Shown here piece after piece: positions 24,072-33,266 of a stretch of 40,000 bases of DNA. How positions within the stretch are numbered: the stretch's first letter is position 1; each line of letters opens with the position of its first letter. A program made the translations under genes and the position numbers. This DNA is from Candidatus Bathyarchaeia archaeon (GTDB taxonomy: Archaea; Thermoproteota; Bathyarchaeia; 40CM-2-53-6). The stretch is from contig JBEKSC010000008.1 of assembly GCA_049517415.1 (NCBI GenBank), positions 1-40,000 of the forward strand, in the 5' to 3' direction. The notes below the pieces were generated by a model. The model did no database searches. It saw only the letters and a program-made list of their open reading frames with translations, and was not told the DNA's origin.

Positions 24072-25384
24072 TCGATTCTTTGTAATTTCGCTATGAAGTA
24101 CCCATTGCATTCGTGTATGTGAGGGTAGAACCTCTGGCAGAGATCAAATCCCCTTAACCCAATGGAACCCAAGAACGGCACTTGCCGGACTACTTTGAAG
24201 TCTGGATTTTTCTTTAGAAATTCTTCGATTATACATTCATTCTCTTCTGGCAGGATGCTGCAAGTACAATAGGCGAGGGTTCCGTTAGGCTTGACGTAAT
24301 CCGATGCGTTCTGAATGATGGAGTATTGCCTCAATCCGTACTCACTTACGCGCGTGGGCGTGAGCTTCCATTTTCCGGCGGGGCTCCTTGCAAAAACTCC
24401 GCTGTTTGAGCATGGTGGGTCAACGATGACAACATCCGCGCTAGTCTTCAGGGGAAGCCTTCTCGCGTCAGCGCGGATGGGTCTTGCAATCTCGCATCCG
24501 CACCGCGCCATTTCCTTCTTCCAATACGCGAGTCTGCGGCCTGAAAGGTCGACCGAATAGATTTCGCCTCTATTCTGCATCTGGGCAGCTGCGTGGGTGG
24601 TTTTGTTCCCAGGTGCAGCGCATATGTCTATTACGATTTGCCCAGGCTTTGGGGAAGCGACGAGGCCGGCTGTAATGCTCGCCAAATCTTGCACAACTAC
24701 GTCACCTGATTTGATGATCCGGGACGGCTGACCTTTCATCCCCAAACGAAAGACGCCATCGACGCCTTCGACCTTCAAGCCTCCTAACTCTGCCGTCATT
24801 TCCGCTTGACTAACGGGCTTCAGTAAGTTTAGTCGGACGTAGGTAGGCATGGCATGCAAGTCCCGGCGCAGAATTCGGAGTGCAAAGCTTCTTCCAAAAA
24901 CATTCACTAGCCGTTCGACGAACCAAACAGGATGGCAGGTTTCCAGAGAAAGCCTTTCGAATTCAGGCAAGGGATCCTTGGTAACTTTTCTTCCCGCAAC
25001 GATTAGGGCGATTTGTTCCTCATGGATGCGGAGTTCCTTCCAACCTAAAATTTGCCGGGCCAATTCCACGTGACGTTCCAGATCGCTTTGGCGCGTCCCA
25101 TCAACATACTTGAGGTATGCGATAATTTTCAGGAAGCTCCTTATCCCGTGCGGAGTCCTCTCGATTTCATCCTTGGAGACTACTTGTGAAATCATATGGT
25201 CAATTCGGTTTTGGAAACGAGTTGTTTCCATGATGAGTCGGTACGCTTGGCGGAGTTCATTCGCTTCCTTTACGTCCATCTGGTCAGCGGCCTTGAATAG
25301 GGCGGTTCTCTCTCCGGTGCCTGCGTAAGCCATCCAGCTCAGGGCTTCAATGGCTACTGCGAGGGAATTCTTCATCAAGGCCAT
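24068..25384 (-). CDS. NOL1/NOP2/Sun-family RNA (cytosine-C5) methyltransferase
   Basis: DICAAPGNKTTH is the SAM-binding motif. DPPCSNSGV and YCTCSILPEENE carry the catalytic cysteines. The N-terminal domain is NusB-like. Confidence 0.85.
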   Translation of the reverse strand: MALMKNSLAVAIEALSWMAYAGTGERTALFKAADQMDVKEANELRQAYRLIMETTRFQNRIDHMISQVVSKDEIERTPHGIRSFLKIIAYLKYVDGTRQSDLERHVELARQILGWKELRIHEEQIALIVAGRKVTKDPLPEFERLSLETCHPVWFVERLVNVFGRSFALRILRRDLHAMPTYVRLNLLKPVSQAEMTAELGGLKVEGVDGVFRLGMKGQPSRIIKSGDVVVQDLASITAGLVASPKPGQIVIDICAAPGNKTTHAAAQMQNRGEIYSVDLSGRRLAYWKKEMARCGCEIARPIRADARRLPLKTSADVVIVDPPCSNSGVFARSPAGKWKLTPTRVSEYGLRQYSIIQNASDYVKPNGTLAYCTCSILPEENECIIEEFLKKNPDFKVVRQVPFLGSIGLRGFDLCQRFYPHIHECNGYFIAKLQRID

Positions 25385-25806
25385 ACAACCCCATTATCGC
25401 TAGTTTAACAGGCAATTATTTAGTGCGAGCTTCGCCATTCCGTTACGATACTGTCCGCTCAATATGTTGCATAATGCGCCGCCGACGATGTTGTAGGTTT
25501 GTTCAAACAACCTCGCCAGCAGGCTCGACAAGAATACTCGTCCACATTACGGGAAAGTAGAGAACAGACACGGTCAGATTCGATAGCGCAAACGGCACTT
25601 GGCTCAGAGCTGGTTTTGGTCCGGGACGTGTGTGACGGAAAATCTGATAGAAAATGTAAGAGTATATAAAGGGAACGCACTTGCCCAGTTTCGGGACTAG
25701 ACCCTAGATGTCTTCCTATCTAAAATACGCGTCCAAACCGGGTTTTCTGGTAGATCAACAGCTCATAACTTCTGATAATGACACTGACGAAACAGAGGTC
25801 TAGCCT

Positions 25807-28416
25807 ATGTCGAAAACACTTGAAAGCTACTTTACGGAAAAGCGCGAGGAGATCAAACTGGCCCCGAGGCCTCTGGTCAAGCGGCAGAGCCTAGTCTTCT
25901 ATCCGGCAATGCCAGCGTCAATCCCTCCATCATACTTGGTCTCCATAGGGTATGACGGGGATCTCAAGAAATGTTTTCTGCGTCTCTACGAACCTAAGTC
26001 GCATAAAATCTATTTTTGGTTTGACGACTCGGGTCACAAACCCTACTGTTACAGCAAGCAGTCGGTCGGGGAGCTTCAGAGAGTGGAGGCGGTAGCGAGG
26101 AACCCTGGGTTCGACCATTTCGAGGAGGAAACGAAGTTTGACGCGCTTCGGAGTGAGCAAGTTAAAGTGACGAAGATCGTCGCCAAAGACCCACTGACAA
26201 TCGGTGGAAAACCTACCGGTTCAATGCGCGACGCCATAACCGCATGGGAAGCTGACATAAAGTACGTCGAGAATTTCATCTATGACCGCGGGCTCGAACC
26301 TGGCATGATGTACGAGTTTAAAGACAAACAGTTGGCCGCGGTGAAATACGAACTACCGGAAGAAGCAGCGATGGAAATTGACAGTCTCTTCCGGGATGAA
26401 TCTCAAGAGTACCAAGGCCTAGCAAGAGAATGGATGCGGCTCCTTGAGTGCCCCGTACCAGAGTACAGGAGGGCGGCCGTAGACATTGAAGTTTTTCAGG
26501 CCGTAGAGTCACGTATTCCCGATCCAGAATTATCGGAACATCCAGTAATTTGTGCAAGCCTAGTCGGATCCGATGGTGCCAAACGCGTACTCCTCTTACG
26601 ACGAGAAGGGACTCCTGAGGGTCAGGCTTCGTTACCAACTGGCGTCGAATCGGAATTCTATGACACCGAGGAAGAATTGTTAATCGCTCTATTCCAAGCT
26701 TTCCTGGATTATCCGATAGTAGTCACATTCAACGGTGACGATTTTGACCTGAAATACCTCTACCACCGCGCTCAAAGGTTGGGTTTTAGAAATGAAGAAA
26801 TTCCAATCGAGTTAGGCCGCGATGTCGCCTTTCTCAAGTATGGTGTCCATGTAGACCTCTACAAGTTCTTCTTCAACAGGTCTATCCAAATTTACGCGTT
26901 CGGCCAGAAGTACCGGGAGAACACGCTGGACGCTGTCGGCGCGGCGCTAATCGGCACTCCAAAGGTCGAAATAGAATCAGTCTCGAAAGCATCCTACAGG
27001 CAATTGGCCGCCTACTGCTATCGTGACTCCGAAATTGTCCTCAACCTGACTTCTTTCAACGAAGATTTGGTCATGAAGTTGATGACGGCGATATCACGAA
27101 TCAGCTACATGACGCTGGACGATGTCTCAAGACAGGGAGTGTCGGGTTGGATTCGAAGCATACTGTTCTGTCACCACCGCAAACGAGGATACTTGATTCC
27201 TAGGAGAGACGAGATTCTGGAGGTCAAAGGCCAAACTGCTACGGAAGCTGTGATTAAGGGCAAGAAGTACAAGGGCGCAATAGTTGTTGAACCTAAACCA
27301 GGCGTCCATTTCAACGTCGCAGTCCTCGACTTTGCATCACTGTACCCTTCTATCATCAAGGTCTGGAACCTCGGCTACGAGACAGTTCGCTGTCCACACG
27401 TGGACGAGGCTTGCAGGAAGAACCTAATCCCAGGAACGCCCCACTGGGTCTGCAAAAAGAAGCGGGGACTTGAAAGCCTGCTGATTGGTTCGCTTAGGGA
27501 CCTGCGAGTTGGCAGGTACAAGGTCAAGTCGAAAGACCGTTCCTTACCACCGAACATGAAGAGTTGGTACAAAGTCGTATCCGATGCGCTGAAGGTGGTA
27601 CTAAATGCCTCCTACGGTGTCTTCGGTGCGGATAATTTTGCGTTGTATTGTCCGCCTGTCGCCGAGGCCACTGCCGCAATAGGCAGGCACGTTATAACTC
27701 AAGCATTGCAGAAAGCGCAGGAACTTAATTTGGAAGTCTTCTACGGTGACACGGATTCCATATTTCTTCAAGGCCAGGATAAAGTCTCGCTTAACAAGCT
27801 CATCGAATGGTCTACCAGCCAGCTCAGGATGGAGTTGGAAATCGACAAGAACTATCGTTACCTTGCCCTTAGTTCAAGGAAGAAGAACTACTTCGGCGTC
27901 CTGCCCGATGGAAGCGTAGACATCAAGGGATTGACAGGGAAAAAGCGGCATATTCCAGAGTTCTTGCACGGCGCCTTTTACGAAATGGTTTCGGCCCTGG
28001 CCGAAGTCAAATCGCCGGAAGACATCGACATTGCGAAAGCGAAAACAATTGATATCGTGAAACGCAGTTACGTGAGACTGCGGAACAGGGAATACACGCT
28101 CCAGGAACTAGCCTTTTCAATGATGATGAGCAGAACCCCGGAAAATTACACAAAAACGACCCCGCAGCACGTGAAAGCGGCCAAGCAATTACAAGAAGCC
28201 GGCGCAGAAATGAAACCAGGCGATATTATATCCTTTGTCAAGGTACGGGGCGAGCCCGGAGTTAAGCCTGTGCAACTTGCTAGGCTAGAAGACGTAGACA
28301 CTGAGAAATACATCGAATATATCCGGGGCACATTCGAGCAGGTACTTGACGCTTTAGGAGTCGAATTCGAAGATTTGGCTGGCGTAAAGAAACTGGAATC
28401 CTTCTTCAATGGGTAA
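25807..28416 (+). CDS. polB: Family B DNA polymerase (cellular replicative type)
   Basis: Exonuclease motifs are AAVDIEV and FNGDDFDLKYL. Polymerase motifs are DFASLYPSII, KVVLNASYGVFG and YGDTDS. Length is 869 aa and I saw no intein. Confidence 0.9.
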   Translation: MSKTLESYFTEKREEIKLAPRPLVKRQSLVFYPAMPASIPPSYLVSIGYDGDLKKCFLRLYEPKSHKIYFWFDDSGHKPYCYSKQSVGELQRVEAVARNPGFDHFEEETKFDALRSEQVKVTKIVAKDPLTIGGKPTGSMRDAITAWEADIKYVENFIYDRGLEPGMMYEFKDKQLAAVKYELPEEAAMEIDSLFRDESQEYQGLAREWMRLLECPVPEYRRAAVDIEVFQAVESRIPDPELSEHPVICASLVGSDGAKRVLLLRREGTPEGQASLPTGVESEFYDTEEELLIALFQAFLDYPIVVTFNGDDFDLKYLYHRAQRLGFRNEEIPIELGRDVAFLKYGVHVDLYKFFFNRSIQIYAFGQKYRENTLDAVGAALIGTPKVEIESVSKASYRQLAAYCYRDSEIVLNLTSFNEDLVMKLMTAISRISYMTLDDVSRQGVSGWIRSILFCHHRKRGYLIPRRDEILEVKGQTATEAVIKGKKYKGAIVVEPKPGVHFNVAVLDFASLYPSIIKVWNLGYETVRCPHVDEACRKNLIPGTPHWVCKKKRGLESLLIGSLRDLRVGRYKVKSKDRSLPPNMKSWYKVVSDALKVVLNASYGVFGADNFALYCPPVAEATAAIGRHVITQALQKAQELNLEVFYGDTDSIFLQGQDKVSLNKLIEWSTSQLRMELEIDKNYRYLALSSRKKNYFGVLPDGSVDIKGLTGKKRHIPEFLHGAFYEMVSALAEVKSPEDIDIAKAKTIDIVKRSYVRLRNREYTLQELAFSMMMSRTPENYTKTTPQHVKAAKQLQEAGAEMKPGDIISFVKVRGEPGVKPVQLARLEDVDTEKYIEYIRGTFEQVLDALGVEFEDLAGVKKLESFFNG

Positions 28417-28422
28417 ATAAAA

Positions 28423-29169
28423 TTGATTCAGATAATTGGGCTAAGAAAGATTCCGCTCACCAAACGCGGGGACAATATAGCCGATCAGATCGTTAACGCA
28501 GCCAGAGAGGAAGGCGCTCAAATCTCAAATAACGACATTTTGGTAATCGCGCAGAAAATCGTGTCCAAAGCCGAGGGAGGCGTTGTAGATTTGAAAAAGG
28601 TCAAGCCTACGGAAAAAGCGGAGGAACTCTCCAAGGCCTGCGGCAAGGATCCTAGACACGTAGAAACAATTCTGAGAGAAAGCGCGAAAATCGTGCGGCA
28701 GAATGGCCCTCATATCATCGTGCAAACTCGCCATGGTTTCGTGTGTGCGAACGCGGGTGTCGACAGGTCGAATGTTGAAGATCCTGACTCAGTAGTTGTG
28801 CTCCCAGTTGACCCTGACGGATCAGCACGCAAAATAAGGGAACGAATCAGAGAACTCACCGGCCGAGACGTGGCTGTTATCATCTCCGACACGTTCGGGC
28901 GCGCCTGGCGAAATGGGCAAGTAAATGTAGCGATAGGCGTGGATGGATTACGGCCTATAATTGATTACCGCGGATCCAAAGACATGTTCGGCTATGTTCT
29001 TAATGTAACCCAAATGGCCGTGGCGGATGAACTGGCTTCGGCCGCCGAATTGGTGATGAAGAAAAGAGATGGCGTTCCGGTTGCAATCATAAAGGGCGTC
29101 GATTACGCACACGGCAAGGGCTCAGTTCGTGAGCTCATACGGCCCGAGGAAGAGGACCTGTTTCGGTAA
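28423..29169 (+). CDS. cofE: Coenzyme F420-0:L-glutamate ligase
   Basis: IPLTKRGDNIADQIV, VIAQKIVSKAEG and GFVCANAGVDRSN match CofE. The start codon is TTG. Confidence 0.8.
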   Translation: MIQIIGLRKIPLTKRGDNIADQIVNAAREEGAQISNNDILVIAQKIVSKAEGGVVDLKKVKPTEKAEELSKACGKDPRHVETILRESAKIVRQNGPHIIVQTRHGFVCANAGVDRSNVEDPDSVVVLPVDPDGSARKIRERIRELTGRDVAVIISDTFGRAWRNGQVNVAIGVDGLRPIIDYRGSKDMFGYVLNVTQMAVADELASAAELVMKKRDGVPVAIIKGVDYAHGKGSVRELIRPEEEDLFR

Positions 29170-29255
29170 TTCACGGCTATCCAATAGGCTTTGGGAACGA
29201 CCATTCGCAAGCTTAATTATTCCTAGACCTTTGTGTAGCTGAAACGGTGTCCTGC

Positions 29256-29960
29256 ATGGAGTCACTAAAACCGCCGGTGCCTGTTCAAGTTGCTGACATG
29301 CAGGCTTTCTCGCGGCTCGCACTCGGGTTAACGGAAGGCTCACAAATCCTCTGGTACTTCAAACACAAAGGAAAACATGTCTTGGGACTGTTCACAGCCT
29401 ACATGTACTGGGAAGGCGACCTCCCGATACTGGCCTACGCTTATTCGGATACCCCGCCGAAGGCCTTCCTCGCCTACAGAAGTGACTCAGTGAAAGGTGA
29501 AGAGTGGATGTTCACCGACGATGTAGATGATACTCGTTTCAGGTACGCCGCCTTCGTTGCATTGAAGACTGTTCCAGAAGCCTTCGCGCAGAGCCTGGAC
29601 GGCAAATCACCCGAATTGACTCCGCCAATGCTCGCTGAAGTCGACGACCTCAAGTCAATCGCCAGAATCCTGCTCCCACTATCGCTCCGGGAGGGAACAC
29701 TATTTCCGCTGTGGCACTTCATGCGGGGAAAGAAGCATATTATCGGTACATGTATTCCCTTCGAACATTACTACGAAGCAGATGCCCTGCCCGTCTTCTT
29801 TTACGTCTCCCAAGATGAAGCACCTGAAAAGAGTTTCATAAAGTACCTCGCGGTCAAACCGAGCGGCGAGAAAGTTGAATACTCGAACAACACAAGCGAC
29901 GCCAAATACTTCTACGCAAAACTCATCGACGTGAAGGACCTACCGATTTTTCCCAAGTGA
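29256..29960 (+). CDS. Hypothetical protein with an internal tandem duplication
   Basis: Two homologous halves are LTEGSQILWYFKHKGKHVLGLF...LPILAYAYSD and LREGTLFPLWHFMRGKKHIIGTC...LPVFFYVSQD. A GTG start at 29247 is also possible. Confidence 0.55.
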   Translation: MESLKPPVPVQVADMQAFSRLALGLTEGSQILWYFKHKGKHVLGLFTAYMYWEGDLPILAYAYSDTPPKAFLAYRSDSVKGEEWMFTDDVDDTRFRYAAFVALKTVPEAFAQSLDGKSPELTPPMLAEVDDLKSIARILLPLSLREGTLFPLWHFMRGKKHIIGTCIPFEHYYEADALPVFFYVSQDEAPEKSFIKYLAVKPSGEKVEYSNNTSDAKYFYAKLIDVKDLPIFPK

Positions 29961-30017
29961 CTGCGAGTTTCATGGATTTTATTAGCCCCTCTGCTCTCTT
30001 TCCATGGAGGTAGCTGG

Positions 30018-30767
30018 GTGTCTTTTAGCGAGAAGATACGGAAAACTGCAGAAGCGAACAGGAGCAGAACAGTTCTCGCATTAGATTTGGAAGAACACGA
30101 CCCAAAACAGCTGGCGATAAAGAGTGAGAAGCTTCTTCAGAAGGTCGGCAAGCGCATCTGCGCGGTCAAGATTAACCGTCAATTGGTCATGTCATTAGGC
30201 ATGCGCGGGGGGGTTGACAGGGTCGTCGAATTAGCACACGACCTTGCGCTGCCTGCCATAATGGATGCGAAGCTAAACGACGTCGGCCACACGAACGAAT
30301 TCATGGCACGGTCATTCTTCGACATTGGTTTCGACGCCATCATAGCGAGCCCCGTTGTTGGATGGGAAAACGGCTTAGACAGAGTGTTCGCCCAAGCTAA
30401 TTCACGCGGAAGGGCAGTTATACTTCTCGTCTACATGAGTAATCCAGGCGCCGAGGCCTTCTACTCATTAGTTGGGGTGCAGGGAGGAGAGCCACCAAAG
30501 CCGGTTTTCGAACTTTTGGCGGGGATGGCGGTCCAATGGAAGGCACAGGGAGTTGTAGTCGGCGCTACCAAGCCTGAGGTAATTTCACGAGTGCGTGAAC
30601 TGGTTGGCCCAGGAATGGGGATTTACAGCCCGGGCGTCGGTGCCCAGGGAGGCGATCCTAGACAGGCATTGGATGCCGGTTCAACTTACATTATAGTAGG
30701 ACGAACGATTTACGGGTCTGCGGAACCTGAAAAGGCGGCTATGGAGTTCCAAGGCTTAGTCTCGTGA
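30018..30767 (+). CDS. pyrF: Orotidine 5'-phosphate decarboxylase
   Basis: VLALDLEE, VKINRQL, MDAKLNDVGHTN and IIVGRTIY match PyrF. The start codon is GTG. Confidence 0.85.
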   Translation: MSFSEKIRKTAEANRSRTVLALDLEEHDPKQLAIKSEKLLQKVGKRICAVKINRQLVMSLGMRGGVDRVVELAHDLALPAIMDAKLNDVGHTNEFMARSFFDIGFDAIIASPVVGWENGLDRVFAQANSRGRAVILLVYMSNPGAEAFYSLVGVQGGEPPKPVFELLAGMAVQWKAQGVVVGATKPEVISRVRELVGPGMGIYSPGVGAQGGDPRQALDAGSTYIIVGRTIYGSAEPEKAAMEFQGLVS

Positions 30768-31007
30768 TTCATCATCATCCTACCATGTGACTAGCCGTCC
30801 ACACCCCTTGTGTGGTGTCCCCAAATGGCCCCCCGCCCTGCCACACCGATCCAAAAGATGTCTAGCCATTCTATACGCCAAATCTGTGCATGCGGTGGGC
30901 ATGGCCTGCACGGCCATTCCTTACGCCACGCCTTACTTGGAATATGTCAACTCCAAGACCAAGATTTTTATTTACCTACATTTGTAGCCGCTTACTAGTG
31001 TTTTCTC

Positions 31008-31340
31008 ATGGGTGGGGCAAAAAAGAAGAGCCTAGCGCAGATGGAGAAGCAGCAGGATCAACAGGACTCCGACAAGAAACCTGAACCAGCAAAGAAATCG
31101 AAAGGAAAGACAGTAGCAGAGAAGAGGACCGCTGGAATAGGTCTTCCAAATTTCGACGACCCTAAATTCACCGGTGAACTCTCAAAGATGGCAGCCCTCA
31201 CTCCCTACGCAATTGCCACGCAGTTCAACGTAAGAATCAGCGTTGCAAGGGACATCCTCGAGGAATTGGAGAGGCGCCGCCTGGTCAAATCGGTTGGCGG
31301 GAACGCGAGGATCAAAATCTACAAGCTAGCAGCAGCCTAG
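31008..31340 (+). CDS. rps25e: Ribosomal protein S25e
   Basis: The N-terminus is lysine-rich. It is followed by a winged helix: LTPYAIATQFNVRISVARDILEELERRRLV. Confidence 0.8.
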   Translation: MGGAKKKSLAQMEKQQDQQDSDKKPEPAKKSKGKTVAEKRTAGIGLPNFDDPKFTGELSKMAALTPYAIATQFNVRISVARDILEELERRRLVKSVGGNARIKIYKLAAA

Positions 31341-31756
31341 ACTTTCTCAACTCGTATTTTTGTACCACTCTTCAGCTTCGCAAATAGCTCCAGGTTACTA
31401 GTTATCTTTCCAACTAGATTGACGGGGCTGTAAGGCTGTGTTGCGCCGTAGAAGACGCACAAGGCTGAACCCATAGGCCAATATGCAATAGTCCCAACGT
31501 CAACGTTGCTCTTTGCCTTCTCAACACCTAGCCTCACAGGAGTTTCGAAATAGATTTCTTCCTTCCATCTTGCCGCGCGTCCTTCAAAAGGTAAAGCCTT
31601 GGCCAAATTATCAACAGTCATTGGACTCTGAAAACGAATTAATTCACCTTCGGCTTCGCCGAAACCTTCTGCAACCAATCTAACCTTGTAACGGCTTACG
31701 TCGGTTTCCAGCGGTTTAGCGGTCAGTTCAGTAGGTGGTAACGAATTGGTAGACAT
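31337..31756 (-). CDS. Cyclophilin-like domain protein (TM1367-like)
   Basis: GTIAYWPMGSALCVFYG...PVNLVGKITSNLELFAKLKSGTKIRVEK is the typical Cyclophil_like C-terminal pattern. Confidence 0.6.
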   Translation of the reverse strand: MSTNSLPPTELTAKPLETDVSRYKVRLVAEGFGEAEGELIRFQSPMTVDNLAKALPFEGRAARWKEEIYFETPVRLGVEKAKSNVDVGTIAYWPMGSALCVFYGATQPYSPVNLVGKITSNLELFAKLKSGTKIRVEKV

Positions 31757-31925
31757 GGCTTTTCCTCTACGAAGTCACTAGTCGTAGGAGAATCACATTT
31801 GGGGTTGCCTTCTTAAAAATTGGACATGTCAGAGCCCCGTTATGCCAAATGACCTTGAAATGTGTAGTTTTCTGACAAAAAGGATAACTACCGCCGTTTT
31901 CTAGCCGCCCGAGAGGCATCGTGAC

Positions 31926-33266
31926 TTGAGTGGTCGTGTTCGAACAATAATAATGGGGGCTGCTGGAAGAGACTTCCACAATTTCAACGTCTATTTCAGG
32001 AACAACCCAGACTACGAAGTGGTCGCCTTTACTGCCACACAGATCCCGGGAATCGAGGGACGCACATACCCAACCGATCTTTCTGGGAAAATGTATCCGA
32101 ACGGCATCCCAATTTTCCCTGAGGACGACCTGTCCAAGCTCATTAAAGAGAAGAATATCGACTTGGTCGTATTGGCTTACAGTGACCTCTCGTACGACGA
32201 AGTTATGCACAAAGCCTCTCAAGTCCTTGCGTCCGGTGCAGATTTCAGGTTGATGGGACCCAAAACGACGATGCTCAAGTCAAGATTGCCAGTGATCTCT
32301 GTCTGCGCGGTAAGAACCGGCGCTGGCAAGAGTACGGTCTCGCGCTCCGTTTCCAAGTCCCTAAAGAAAATTGCAGGCAGAGTTGTCGTCATTCGACATC
32401 CCATGCCATACGGAACTCTCTCGAACGAGATTTGCGAACGTTTCGCGACATACGACGACATGAAACGTCATGAGTGCACTATTGAAGAGCGTGAGGAATA
32501 CGAACCTCACATCGACATTGGCAACATTGTATACGCAGGCGTTGACTACGAGAAGATCTTGCGTGAGGCTGAGAAGGAGGCAGATGTGATACTATGGGAC
32601 GGCGGAAACAACGACCTGCCTTTCTACTATCCGGACCTTCAAATCGTGGTTGTTGACCCGCAACGACCCGGGGATGAAGTTCGATATTACCCAGGGGAGG
32701 CTAACCTAAGAATGGCTGACGTTGTCCTCATAAACAAAGTCGACTCTTCAACACCCGAAGCCATAGAGACTGTTCGGAAGAACGTGAAACGCGTAAGGCC
32801 TGAGGCAAAGGTTGTCGAAGCAGCCTCTGAGATTCAAGTTGACGACATCGCGCACATACGCGGTAAGAGGGTGGTTGCAATTGAGGACGGGCCAACAGTT
32901 ACCCATGGCGGATTAAAGGAAGGAGTCGGTGCCCTAGCAGCAAGGAAGTACGGTGCAAAGGAACTTATCGACCCCAGACCGTTCGCCGTAGGGTCGATCA
33001 AGCGAACATACGAGAAGTACCCTCACCTCGGCCAGGTATTGCCAGCCATGGGATATGGTGAGAAGCAGATCAAAGAACTGGAACAAACAATCGCAGCTAT
33101 CGATTGCGATTCACTAATCTACGGGACACCGATTGATTTGAAGCGAATTATGAATGTGCCGAAACCTGCGGTTAGAGTCCGGTACGAGATTCGCGAAACT
33201 ACGAGGCCGACACTAGATGAAATCCTCAGTTCAATGCCTATTTTGGTGACGGCAAAGTCACGTTAG
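31926..33266 (+). CDS. COG2403 GTPase-like protein (cyclic 2,3-diphosphoglycerate synthetase-like)
   Basis: IIMGAAGRDFHNFNVYFRNNPDYEVVAF and VRTGAGKS (P-loop) place it in this family. The start codon is TTG. Confidence 0.6.
   Translation: MSGRVRTIIMGAAGRDFHNFNVYFRNNPDYEVVAFTATQIPGIEGRTYPTDLSGKMYPNGIPIFPEDDLSKLIKEKNIDLVVLAYSDLSYDEVMHKASQVLASGADFRLMGPKTTMLKSRLPVISVCAVRTGAGKSTVSRSVSKSLKKIAGRVVVIRHPMPYGTLSNEICERFATYDDMKRHECTIEEREEYEPHIDIGNIVYAGVDYEKILREAEKEADVILWDGGNNDLPFYYPDLQIVVVDPQRPGDEVRYYPGEANLRMADVVLINKVDSSTPEAIETVRKNVKRVRPEAKVVEAASEIQVDDIAHIRGKRVVAIEDGPTVTHGGLKEGVGALAARKYGAKELIDPRPFAVGSIKRTYEKYPHLGQVLPAMGYGEKQIKELEQTIAAIDCDSLIYGTPIDLKRIMNVPKPAVRVRYEIRETTRPTLDEILSSMPILVTAKSR

Noticed and set aside
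25807-28416. The family B polymerase could be the missing polymerase of a casposon.
   Set aside because: It lies 2.9 kb outside the inverted repeats. It is separated from cas1 by the core genes speB and an RNA methyltransferase. It has the length and motifs of a cellular replicative PolB and no terminal-protein-like N-terminal region.
30790-30875. A possible fifth degenerate copy of the island repeat (ACTAGCCGTCCACACCCCTT ... TCCCCAAATGG ... GTCTAGCCATT). A similar TAGACCCTAGATGTC occurs at about 25700-25720.
   Set aside because: The similarity is limited to short patches (CCACACCC.TT, TCC.AAAT) with no colinear core-2 AACGACG block. It is not distinguishable from chance without a genome-wide statistical search.
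31767-32222. A 151-aa minus-strand ORF. Similar long antisense ORFs occur at 35102..35473 and 35801..36223 and inside aglB, polB and the protease gene.
   Set aside because: They lie entirely antisense to strongly supported conserved genes and show no recognisable motifs. They are typical shadow ORFs.
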